From the IMG/VR virus record IMGVR_UViG_3300010885_065725: 27,458 nt of DNA; one strand, written 5' to 3'. Under the pieces are notes generated by a model. The model was not told the origin of the DNA. It saw only the letters and a list, made by a program, of their open reading frames with translations, and made no database searches. Positions 16,604 to 25,308 of this stretch are shown here, one piece after another. This DNA comes from a virus. Its lineage: Duplodnaviria > Heunggongvirae > Uroviricota > Caudoviricetes. Both the position numbers and the translations under genes were made by a program. Position 1 is the stretch's first letter, and every line of letters starts with the position of its first letter.

Positions 16604-17467
16604 ATGTTATTGATAGATTTTGGGCAAATAATTATTGCGAATGCATTTTATATGAAAAAAAATGATGTCAATATTTATTATAGTACAAAAGAACAGACAT
16701 TGTATCATCTTGTATTCAATAGATTACGAGAGATTCGTAATAAATTTCCTTCTTCAGAATATGGAGAATTGGTGATTTGTTGTGACGCAAAAAATTATTG
16801 GAGAAAAGAAATATTTCCTCAATATAAATCTAAAAGAGAAGGAATGCGAGACAAGGACAAAGAAACATGGGAAATGATATCAAAGCAGAAAATAATAATA
16901 GAGAATATTATTGCAGAAAATTTTCCTTATCGTGTCCTGAAAATTGATAGACTTGAGGCAGATGATATTATTGCTGCACTGATAAAAAGATTTTATAACT
17001 ATAGGCATATGATTGTCAGTAGTGACGGAGATCATATACAGCTTCAGAAATATTCTGATGTGCAACAATATTGTCCAAGAAAGAATACTTTTCTAAAGGC
17101 AGAGATGCCGATAGATCAATTCATTCAGGAACATATTATAGAAGGAGATTCTTCTGATTCTATTATGAACATAAAAATGCCTGACAATACATTTATTGAC
17201 GGAATACGTCAGAAATCTATTACAAAGGTATTCAAGGAACAGGTGAGGAACGCAGAAAAATTGTCTGATGTTCTCACAGAAGAAGAATTGAAGAATTATG
17301 AAAGGAATAGAAACTTGGTAGATTATGATTGTATTCCGATAGATATTCTTAAGATGGTACTAATGGAATATAGGACAATAGAGATACAAGGAAACAAAGA
17401 AAAAATTATGAAATATTTTATTTTACATGGATATAGAATGTTATTTGATTCTATATCCGATTATTAA
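16604..17467 (+). CDS. rnh: T4-type RNase H / 5'-3' exonuclease
   Basis: LIDFGQ, CCDAKNYWRK..YKSKR, EADDII, SSDGD, GDSSDSI. Confidence 0.93.
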   Translation: MLLIDFGQIIIANAFYMKKNDVNIYYSTKEQTLYHLVFNRLREIRNKFPSSEYGELVICCDAKNYWRKEIFPQYKSKREGMRDKDKETWEMISKQKIIIENIIAENFPYRVLKIDRLEADDIIAALIKRFYNYRHMIVSSDGDHIQLQKYSDVQQYCPRKNTFLKAEMPIDQFIQEHIIEGDSSDSIMNIKMPDNTFIDGIRQKSITKVFKEQVRNAEKLSDVLTEEELKNYERNRNLVDYDCIPIDILKMVLMEYRTIEIQGNKEKIMKYFILHGYRMLFDSISDY

Positions 17468-17485
17468 CAAAAAAAGGAAACAAAA

Positions 17486-18472
17486 ATGTCACAAAACTTA
17501 TATGAAATATTAGAAAAAATAAATTCTGCAAATACTCCTGACAAGGATATTAAATCAGAATTGCGGAAACAATCAGAAAATTATGCGTTGAAGCAATTAT
17601 TTGTTATGGTATATGATATCAATTTTACTGGATTTGATTTGGCAGAAGGTACGCCAAACTATAAATTTGATACAAAAGAACCATATGGATATGCCGAGAA
17701 TCATATTACAAAAGAGATCAGAAAATTATATATTTTCCTGAATGATTATACTACTATTGACAGAGAAAAAAAGGAACAAAGGTTTGTTCAGTTATTAGAA
17801 AGTCTGCATTACAGAGAAGCAGAATTACTTATTGCAGTAAAAGATAAAGATATCAGTTCAATATTTCATGGCATCAATGAATGTCTGATAAGAGAAGTAT
17901 TTCCTGATCTACTTTCTCCTTTGCATACCACAAATTATATGGATTGTGCAATTATCCATGGGTTTGGAAATTATGAAAATACAGATAATCTTGTATATTC
18001 CAGATATACGATTAACGAGGTAAAACGGGCAGCAAAGAAGAATACTATTGTATTCTTTGATTATGAGCATGCAAAACTTGCAGGAATAGAAAATCTTTCT
18101 TATGACTATATTCCATATATCGACAAAGAAAAGAATATCGAAGTCATTCTGACAAAAACTGTATTCGGAAAAGAGATGGTCATTCGCACATGGGTGCCTA
18201 TCGAAAATATTGCAATGAGTAAAAAGGCAAGCGAATTGCGGTTCGTGGATATCGAACGAGCAAAAGAATTGGGTATCGATCACTACGAAGAAAATAAATT
18301 TCAATCATATCTGAAAGGCAATGCAGATAAAAGAGAAATAAAGGCAGCAAAAAATGCTTCTGCTGATGGAGAAGCTGTTATTGTACCCAAAGTAAAGGTT
18401 TCTACAAAAGTCTCTGCAGATGACATCATTCGTCCTGCAAGGAAACCTAAACCTGCAATGAATAAAAAATAA
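17486..18472 (+). CDS. Conserved T4-like protein typically next to rnh, with long C-terminal extension
   Basis: GTPNYK, KEIRKLYIF, FVQLLESLHYREAELLIAVKDK, EVFPDLL end near aa 140; about 190 further residues unassigned. Confidence 0.7.
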   Translation: MSQNLYEILEKINSANTPDKDIKSELRKQSENYALKQLFVMVYDINFTGFDLAEGTPNYKFDTKEPYGYAENHITKEIRKLYIFLNDYTTIDREKKEQRFVQLLESLHYREAELLIAVKDKDISSIFHGINECLIREVFPDLLSPLHTTNYMDCAIIHGFGNYENTDNLVYSRYTINEVKRAAKKNTIVFFDYEHAKLAGIENLSYDYIPYIDKEKNIEVILTKTVFGKEMVIRTWVPIENIAMSKKASELRFVDIERAKELGIDHYEENKFQSYLKGNADKREIKAAKNASADGEAVIVPKVKVSTKVSADDIIRPARKPKPAMNKK

Positions 18473-18474
18473 TA

Positions 18475-18528
18475 TTGACATTGTTCGGTATAATAGATAT
18501 AATAATATTTTTTTATTGTACCGAACAA
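18475..18528 (+). promoter_or_regulatory. Consensus sigma70 promoter bracketed by a 15 bp inverted repeat
   Basis: TTGACA(18475)-17-TATAAT(18498); arms 18481-18495 and 18514-18528 match at 14/15. Confidence 0.8.
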
Positions 18529-18538
18529 AAAATATACT

Positions 18539-19168
18539 ATGAATACTGCTGATATATTAATAAAATATGCGTCCCAATATCCTGTCTTACATAAAAGTGA
18601 AGAACTGGAACTTGTAAGAGATTGGAAAACCAACAACACAAAAAAATCTTTCGATACCATAATAAATTCTAATATAAGATTTGTTACTCTTATTGCAATG
18701 AAATATAAATCTAAATTGCCTCTAGAAGATCTTGTTCAGGAAGGCATCATTGGCATGATAAAATCATTAGAAAAATTTGATCCTGATATGGGATTTCGTG
18801 TCGTCACATTTGCAAAAATGCAAATAAAAAATGAAATATACAAATATATAATAAGAAATAAAATTGACTTTATTTCTTTTGATGAATATGATGCTATAGA
18901 AAAAGCTGAAATCGATCAAAAAAATGTATGTGAAGAGATAATAAGAGAAAATGCTATTTCTACAAAAATGAAAGATATCTATAAAATAATAGATGAATTG
19001 ACAGAAATAGAAAAAAGGATTATAATTAATTATATAATGTACGAAAAGGAATCTTTCGATAATATCGCAAAAATATATGACATAAAGAAACCAAAAGTAA
19101 ATAAAATATATAAATTGGCAATACGCAAATTGAAAATGAAGATGAGCAACATTTTACGTGAGGAATAA
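18539..19168 (+). CDS. Sigma70-family factor (short, regions 2 and 4)
   Basis: SNIRFVTLIAMKY, EDLVQEGIIGMIKSLEKFDPDMGFRVVTFA, LTEIEK..IAK..AIRKLK. Confidence 0.88.
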   Translation: MNTADILIKYASQYPVLHKSEELELVRDWKTNNTKKSFDTIINSNIRFVTLIAMKYKSKLPLEDLVQEGIIGMIKSLEKFDPDMGFRVVTFAKMQIKNEIYKYIIRNKIDFISFDEYDAIEKAEIDQKNVCEEIIRENAISTKMKDIYKIIDELTEIEKRIIINYIMYEKESFDNIAKIYDIKKPKVNKIYKLAIRKLKMKMSNILREE

Positions 19169-19169
19169 T

Positions 19170-19982
19170 ATGGGAATAATGAGACTACAAGAAACAGATT
19201 CTTTTGATGCATATATGAGGAGTATCAAAAGAATTCCTAGACTTTCAAAAGAAGAACAACATCTTCTTGCAATACGATACTACGAAAATAATGATATGGT
19301 CGCATGCAAACAATTGATAGAATGCAATCTCAGGTTTGTTGCATATATCTCTAGACGATTCGATGGCTACAATATCTCTATGATGGACATTGTACAAGAA
19401 GGGAATTATGGATTGATGCAGTCACTGAAGAATTATGATCCGTATTCTGGAATGAAACTGATGACATTTTCGGTGTACTACATAAAATATTATATTCTTG
19501 AATATGTCAAAAAGAATTTTGGTATCTTCAAGATAGCTTCGAAAAGTCAAAATAAAGTATTCTTTAATATCAAAAAAATGACCAAAGAAGAAGATATTTC
19601 TAATTCTATATCAGAAAAGACAATAGAAAGAATTTCTTCTGCACTCAACGTATCAAAGAAAAGTGTGATAGATACTCACAAAAAAATGTATTGTCGTACC
19701 ATAGAGGCTTCTGGTGACGATTTTGTTATTGAAACAGAAGATATATACTTTGGAATAGAAAGAGAAGAAGAAGAAAATATCAAACAGGAAAAATATCAGA
19801 AAATAATCTCTGCAATAGAAAATCTGAACGAAAGAGAAAAAACTATTCTCGAAAGAAGATTTTTAAAAGAAATTCCTGATAAACTACAAGAGATCGCAAA
19901 GGAACAAGGATGCTCTCTTCAAAGAATTTCTGAGATAGAAAAGAGAGCAATCAAAAAGATACAAAAGGTCGTTTTATTCTAA
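19170..19982 (+). CDS. rpoH: RpoH (sigma32)-like sigma factor
   Basis: NLRFVAYISRRFDGY, DIVQEGNYGLM, RpoH-box-like QNKVFFNIK, LNEREKTILERRF. GAGGA SD favours ATG 19170. Confidence 0.8.
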   Translation: MGIMRLQETDSFDAYMRSIKRIPRLSKEEQHLLAIRYYENNDMVACKQLIECNLRFVAYISRRFDGYNISMMDIVQEGNYGLMQSLKNYDPYSGMKLMTFSVYYIKYYILEYVKKNFGIFKIASKSQNKVFFNIKKMTKEEDISNSISEKTIERISSALNVSKKSVIDTHKKMYCRTIEASGDDFVIETEDIYFGIEREEEENIKQEKYQKIISAIENLNEREKTILERRFLKEIPDKLQEIAKEQGCSLQRISEIEKRAIKKIQKVVLF

Positions 19983-20534
19983 TAGATTTTTATCTGTGTC
20001 ATGTGCATACTTGCACATATAGAATGCATCTATAATATCAGAGACAGGACTAGAAAGAACATTCGAAGGAAAGAATTTCATTAGATCTACTCCTGTCTCT
20101 TCTACAAATGCAGTATACATTGCTTCCTTGTTCGCATTCCCTTTTCCTGTAGCAAATTTTTTTATCGAAGAAGGAGCAACAACATCAAATAATATCTGCC
20201 TATGGAACATCTTATGTTTAAGTACTCCAGTAAGTTCTCCTATATGGAATACTGTACCTTTCGCGCCCATTGCATATCCTTCCATGACAACACAATCCTT
20301 TCTTGTAAGTAATTGGAGTGCCCAATTGCCAATGAAATCGAATCTTTTTTCATTGAAAGTATATTCTTTGTGTGCAGAACCAATGATGTTGTTATGCAGT
20401 CGTTCTACTAATTTTTTCTTGTCCGTAAGATAAAAACAAGAACAATTCTCAAATTTAAATTCTTTTTCTTTTGGAATTGTGACAATTGCAGGAGATCTCA
20501 TAGAATAATCTATTCCGACATAATTTCCATTCAT
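19974..20534 (-). CDS. RuvC-like nuclease / Holliday junction resolvase
   Basis: VGIDYS, VVMEGY, IKKFATGKGNANKEAM, SDIIDAF. Confidence 0.85.
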   Translation of the reverse strand: MNGNYVGIDYSMRSPAIVTIPKEKEFKFENCSCFYLTDKKKLVERLHNNIIGSAHKEYTFNEKRFDFIGNWALQLLTRKDCVVMEGYAMGAKGTVFHIGELTGVLKHKMFHRQILFDVVAPSSIKKFATGKGNANKEAMYTAFVEETGVDLMKFFPSNVLSSPVSDIIDAFYMCKYAHDTDKNLLE

Positions 20535-20546
20535 AATATATATTTC

Positions 20547-20951
20547 CTAATTTATATTTTTTATATTTGCTTCAGTAATTTCTTTTAACATCCTGCTCAG
20601 ATCATTCGTGGAACCCACGAAAAGATTCTGAGTGACATTGTTCGAATTGTCCTGCAGAGGAACTAATTCTGTGGACGATGTGCCTACAGAATTCTTTTTG
20701 GAATGAATATGGATCATATTCATGTTTATGTCACTTACTGTTTTCAATAATGTCGCAAAAGTTTCTATTGCTCTCGGACTATCGCTCTCTTTCACAAGAT
20801 TCAATGCAACATCGAGACCTTTCATCCCCATTGCAATAAGATCCTGCATAGATTCTCTCGAAGTCTCAAAATCTTCTTGTGCCTGTGAAGGGACTACAGT
20901 TTGTTCTGCAGTCTCTTCATTTTCATCAATTATAATTATTTCATTTTCCAT
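20547..20951 (-). CDS. gp16: Terminase small subunit
   Basis: DFETSRE, SDSPRAIE, QNLFVGSTNDLSRML. Start set at ATG 20951. Confidence 0.85.
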   Translation of the reverse strand: MENEIIIIDENEETAEQTVVPSQAQEDFETSRESMQDLIAMGMKGLDVALNLVKESDSPRAIETFATLLKTVSDINMNMIHIHSKKNSVGTSSTELVPLQDNSNNVTQNLFVGSTNDLSRMLKEITEANIKNIN

Positions 20952-20956
20952 ACCAC

Positions 20957-20964
20957 TATTTATA
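20957..20964 (-). promoter_or_regulatory. T4-type late promoter immediately before gp16
   Basis: - strand TATAAATA, 5 nt before the ATG. Confidence 0.55.
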
Positions 20965-20967
20965 CTT

Positions 20968-21753
20968 CTATAGTGGTGTAACAGGGGTGACATTTCCTTC
21001 CAATTCTTGCCACATTTCATCGATAGTATAATATTCGTCTTTTGTTGCTTCTAATGGATTTACTTCTGCAGTATAAATTTCAGAAATTGGTGCAGAAGTA
21101 TCGATATCATTTATTATATTTGTTGTTACATGCTTTATAATAGATTGTTTCTTTATTGGACCGTACAGATTAATTTTTGCAGTAAATTCTAATGTATACA
21201 TTATTCTTCTTTCTTCTGACCAATCTGCATCATAATTATCCGAAGAAGTGACATTATGTAATGTAACAGGAACATCCTGTAATATTCCCATTTCTGGAAT
21301 AGAATTCACTGTTACATTGAAAGATGGAGTAAAAAATGGTAATATTTGTTCTATTATTTGTAATATGTCATCATTTGATTTTGATATTACATTTAATTCA
21401 AAAGAAAGAATATATGGAACAGGAGCATACAAAGAATTCAATCTATTTGTGTCTCCAGCAACAATATTAGAAAATTGATTTGTACTATTCAATTTTCTTT
21501 CTGGATCATATCTCAAAGTTGTCATATCGAATGCCATCCTTGGTAGTGTCATCATTGTAGATTTATTCAGATCAGGATTCTGATTTATTCTTGCCATCCA
21601 TTTTTCTTTTGAAGAATATGCTATAGGCACAGCGACCTGTTGTATTTCTACTCCAGCAGAATTCTTTCTTGAAATACGAAGATTAGAAAATAAATTTCCG
21701 AATACGACAATAGTATTTTTTATGGTCTGATTATAGAACTGTGTGCTGAACAT
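20968..21753 (-). CDS. gp15: Tail sheath stabilizer / tail completion protein
   Basis: FGNLFSNLRI, VPIAYSSKEKW, TLPRMAF, QIIEQILPFF. Confidence 0.93.
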   Translation of the reverse strand: MFSTQFYNQTIKNTIVVFGNLFSNLRISRKNSAGVEIQQVAVPIAYSSKEKWMARINQNPDLNKSTMMTLPRMAFDMTTLRYDPERKLNSTNQFSNIVAGDTNRLNSLYAPVPYILSFELNVISKSNDDILQIIEQILPFFTPSFNVTVNSIPEMGILQDVPVTLHNVTSSDNYDADWSEERRIMYTLEFTAKINLYGPIKKQSIIKHVTTNIINDIDTSAPISEIYTAEVNPLEATKDEYYTIDEMWQELEGNVTPVTPL

Positions 21754-22268
21754 TATTCACCTTCAATATGAGGCACAATCTCTTTTTGCCAGTAACTTCT
21801 ATTACCAATTTTTTTAGAAACATTAGGATCATTTTTTAATTTTTTTACTTTTTCTACTGCTGCAGTGTATTGTACTTGTCTTCTTTTACTTCTTTCCACA
21901 TCGAACCCTTTATAATCTGATCCAACAAATTCATGTTTTTTATGATATATATTTGGATCTGCTTTAGGTTTGAAATATTTCGATTCTCCAGAAGGTTTCA
22001 CAATCACAGAGTCTTTTATGTGAGGCTCATGTTCTGTGTCCCAATCCGGAGAATGTAAAAAAGATATGTTATTACTTTTTTTATTATATTTTACTATGGT
22101 ATGCGTAAAATCTGGATGTTCTTTGTGCAACACAGATAATGCTGACGCATGAACATCTGCTGGGATATCCGGATGACCTTCTACATAATCCTTATGTACA
22201 TACAAATCATCGCCCATACGTTTACCAACTTTTTTATCTTCTAATAGAAAAGTAATAAAAGATTTCAT
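21753..22268 (-). CDS. His-rich protein resembling the C-terminal domain of DNA-phosphorothioation-associated methyltransferases; capsid-targeting-like N-terminus
   Basis: MKSFITFLLE; GKRMGDDLYVH, ISFLHSPDWDTEHEP, PNIYHKKHEFVGSDY, IGNRSYW. Family match recalled, not searched. Confidence 0.6.
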   Translation of the reverse strand: MKSFITFLLEDKKVGKRMGDDLYVHKDYVEGHPDIPADVHASALSVLHKEHPDFTHTIVKYNKKSNNISFLHSPDWDTEHEPHIKDSVIVKPSGESKYFKPKADPNIYHKKHEFVGSDYKGFDVERSKRRQVQYTAAVEKVKKLKNDPNVSKKIGNRSYWQKEIVPHIEGE

Positions 22269-23011
22269 TATTTTTGCCTAATAATAATATGACCACTTTT
22301 TACAGAAACATCATGAGTTTCTTCTGGAAATACTTTTTTTATTTCTGGTAAATATGTATCAGTTTTTGCATGATTTTGCCATGAACTGCCTCTACCTTTG
22401 TCATTTTTAGTTTGTCTAGCATTACCAGTCTTATCACCTTCATATACAGTTATATGAGCAACACCTGTTTTAGGTTTCATAAAAGACTTTACTTTATGAT
22501 ATGCTGCTATTCTGTGTTCAGGTTCTTTAATTACATTTGCAACATTATTTAAACTTGTATAATCAGCTTTTCCTTCAGTCTCTTTGTCTACATTAGCATT
22601 ATGTTCTTCTGATCTATTAAATGGATCAGAAATATGTAATTTCGCGCCCTTTACATTACTTTCTACATGTTCTTTACCAGCATCATATTTACCGCCACCA
22701 ACATCAACATTTACACTATTTGGTTGTATTAGTCCTGTTTTTACTGCATGTTTTAAACCTGCAGAAACTTGATTCAAAGAAGTATCTGCACTAGTATGTT
22801 CTTGTGATTCTTTTATTGCATATTTTGCTTTCCATGCTGCAGATCTTGCTGCCATTTCAGTGTCTGCTTTCGCATGACGCTTTTCCATTTCAGATTTTTG
22901 AGAAAGTAATTCCTCTTCCTTTTCTTTTGTTCCAAATCCTTGTGTCTTTAATTTTTTGGAAAGAGCTTCTCTTCCAAAAACTTCCGCAATAATTTCTTTA
23001 TATGTTTTCAT
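22268..23011 (-). CDS. Class I SAM-dependent methyltransferase-like protein with capsid-targeting-like N-terminus
   Basis: MKTYKEIIAE; motif I VDVGGGKYD, DPFNR, NNVANVIKEPEHR, ITVYEGD, WQN. Confidence 0.75.
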   Translation of the reverse strand: MKTYKEIIAEVFGREALSKKLKTQGFGTKEKEEELLSQKSEMEKRHAKADTEMAARSAAWKAKYAIKESQEHTSADTSLNQVSAGLKHAVKTGLIQPNSVNVDVGGGKYDAGKEHVESNVKGAKLHISDPFNRSEEHNANVDKETEGKADYTSLNNVANVIKEPEHRIAAYHKVKSFMKPKTGVAHITVYEGDKTGNARQTKNDKGRGSSWQNHAKTDTYLPEIKKVFPEETHDVSVKSGHIIIRQK

Positions 23012-23014
23012 TTT

Positions 23015-23737
23015 TTATATAGATCCAAATATATTATTTTCGTCAAAATTTTGAATGCCAGTATTATCTGTTGTCAACTCATTATTTATATTGTTTTTGT
23101 CTATCGGAAATTCTATATTATTATTTTTCAATTGTTCTTTTGGTGCATATAATATATTTTCTCCTGCAGCAAGGAAAGGATATTTTAAATTATCTAGTGC
23201 AGCAGGAACAGCAATATCTACTTGTTCTGCACCTGTCTCAATTATTTCACTGCCATATTGGAACAATGTGCATTCTAATTTATAAGAATAATAATCATTC
23301 AATTCATAGAAAGGATCTTTGTGATCAACAAATTTTATTTCAAAAATTTTATTTGCAGTAGGATAATATATTAAATCTCCTTCTGTAGGACGATTGTCTA
23401 ATATTGCGACACCTGTACTTCCGATACTGTCTTCCCATCTCCTTCTGGAAACTCTGAATATCGCCTCTTCCTTGTTTTCTACTCCAAATCTTGTGAATAT
23501 TTCATTCTGACCACCGAAACGATCAAATGATTCCAGATACATTTCTATAATAATAAATTGTTTGAAATAAGAGAGATTGTCTTCCCCAAATAACATATCA
23601 GGATTGACCAAAGTTCTCGGAAGATAATATACGTCTATGCCCATTATCTGGATAGATTCGTCAATAAGATCTTTTACAAGATTTTTCTCGTTTCTTCCTC
23701 CAATACCACTTCCACTTTGAAATCCACTTCTGATCAT
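23015..23737 (-). CDS. gp14: Neck protein
   Basis: GIDVYYLPR, IEMYLE, RPTEGDLIYYP, FEIKFVD..PFY. Confidence 0.93.
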   Translation of the reverse strand: MIRSGFQSGSGIGGRNEKNLVKDLIDESIQIMGIDVYYLPRTLVNPDMLFGEDNLSYFKQFIIIEMYLESFDRFGGQNEIFTRFGVENKEEAIFRVSRRRWEDSIGSTGVAILDNRPTEGDLIYYPTANKIFEIKFVDHKDPFYELNDYYSYKLECTLFQYGSEIIETGAEQVDIAVPAALDNLKYPFLAAGENILYAPKEQLKNNNIEFPIDKNNINNELTTDNTGIQNFDENNIFGSI

Positions 23738-23747
23738 TTTACTTTTT

Positions 23748-24704
23748 TTATCCTATTAAGAAAACTGCAGGAACTTCAAATCTAGATTGGATATCTGTCT
23801 CTATTTCTTGAATTTCTAGCACTGCCTCCTGATACATCTCTCCACCACGTAATTTTACTCCTCCAGGAAGTGAAATTTGAGAAAATTTTCCAAGATTATT
23901 TCCCCATTGACGTTTTATGTATGCAGTAACCAATTTTTTAAAATTCATGTCATTGAATGTTTTCGTGAATTCTGCAGGATCAAGAATTGCATAACATTCC
24001 AGAACTATAAAATCTCCTGGTCTAAACATGTGCCAGTCTGCATCAATATATACTTTTCCGGTATGCCTATTGAATCTTATAGGTGTCTGATTATTACCCA
24101 GAACATCCTCTAACATATTCAATTGTGTCATTACTTGACTATAATATACAATAGAAGATCCGGTAATACTGAAAATATCATTCATGAACATCTGATACTT
24201 TGCACTAAACATATTCAAATCAAGAGAAGAAGAATTTTGATTAAAATTTAGTACTTTAGTTACTGATATTACATTATCAGGAACAGGTATAGAATGTGTC
24301 TGCGTGTCTCCAATAACAACAGAATTTACTATTGCAGTTGCTCCAGATTTTTGACCAGTAATTGTTTCTCCTACAATCAAATCTCCTTGCACAATAGACA
24401 CAGAAAATAGACTTGTAGAACCAATAGAAAATATTTTAAAAGTCGATTTTGTTATATCAGAAATAACATATTCTTCTGTTATAAATGCGCCATTCAAAGA
24501 ATTAAATATAATTTCATTTGCTGTAATCGCACGTTTCAGAAAAATATGTTGCGTAAAATCAGAATCAAACATCTGCACAAATTGCAATGCATCATCTACT
24601 GCCTGATTCAATTGATCTTCTGTAACATTAATGTCTATCATCCCGTTGCCGAGACGTATCAACGAATAATCTATCAATCCTTGTCTGCTACTTATCTGTG
24701 CCAT
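23748..24704 (-). CDS. gp13: Neck protein
   Basis: RLGNGMIDINVTEDQL, KRQWGNNLGKFSQISLPGGVKLRG. Confidence 0.93.
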   Translation of the reverse strand: MAQISSRQGLIDYSLIRLGNGMIDINVTEDQLNQAVDDALQFVQMFDSDFTQHIFLKRAITANEIIFNSLNGAFITEEYVISDITKSTFKIFSIGSTSLFSVSIVQGDLIVGETITGQKSGATAIVNSVVIGDTQTHSIPVPDNVISVTKVLNFNQNSSSLDLNMFSAKYQMFMNDIFSITGSSIVYYSQVMTQLNMLEDVLGNNQTPIRFNRHTGKVYIDADWHMFRPGDFIVLECYAILDPAEFTKTFNDMNFKKLVTAYIKRQWGNNLGKFSQISLPGGVKLRGGEMYQEAVLEIQEIETDIQSRFEVPAVFLIG

Positions 24705-24760
24705 TTATATCTACACCTTTATTGATGAAATAATAAAAAAACTTCCTTGTTAATATTATT

Positions 24761-25249
24761 TTATGGTCCTAATTGAATCAAAGATGTAGTTGCCCCAACT
24801 GCTGGCATAGTAAGACTGAATGCAGATGCAGTTATTGTAGTAGAACCAAAATTAAATACTGCAATAGCTTTATTGCCTTTACTAACATTATATAAAAGAA
24901 CAGCATCAAAAGCTGTTGCGCTCAAACTTGACCATGCTATTGCTGCAGAAGGTTGCCATGTTGCTGTAGTACCAGTAGTTACTGGCATCACAACAGGAGC
25001 ATTCGCATTTGTCACAGCAACTCCTCCGACAGTATAACCACCACTAACAGTAGGTAATTCAATATTAGCACCACTTACATATACTGTAGTAGTAGCATCT
25101 AAATTAGCCGCAGGATAATATAATGCAGCATTAATTGTGTCTGTTGCTGCAGCAGGAACATTAGTCATGCCAGAAGGTTTTCCTAAACAATGTACACCAC
25201 ATAAAAGTTCCAATTTAAAACTAGTGCATATTTTTGATACATTTGCCAT
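24761..25249 (-). CDS. Probable virion structural protein
   Basis: CTSFKLELL, AALY, GYTVGG, AFDAVLLYN..KAIAVFNFG pattern of a widespread phage protein; GAGGA SD. Confidence 0.7.
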   Translation of the reverse strand: MANVSKICTSFKLELLCGVHCLGKPSGMTNVPAAATDTINAALYYPAANLDATTTVYVSGANIELPTVSGGYTVGGVAVTNANAPVVMPVTTGTTATWQPSAAIAWSSLSATAFDAVLLYNVSKGNKAIAVFNFGSTTITASAFSLTMPAVGATTSLIQLGP

Positions 25250-25300
25250 TTTTTATTTCCTCAGTTTTTTTTGTTAATTAAAATTTTTGTTATATAGACA

Positions 25301-25308
25301 TATTTATA
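25301..25308 (-). promoter_or_regulatory. T4-type late promoter
   Basis: - strand TATAAATA at the upstream gene's stop, 51 nt before the ATG at 25249. Confidence 0.5.

Noticed and set aside
22262-22275. Programmed frameshift fusing the methyltransferase to its partner
   Set aside because: No convincing slippery heptamer or stimulator; the second ORF has its own targeting-like N-terminus.
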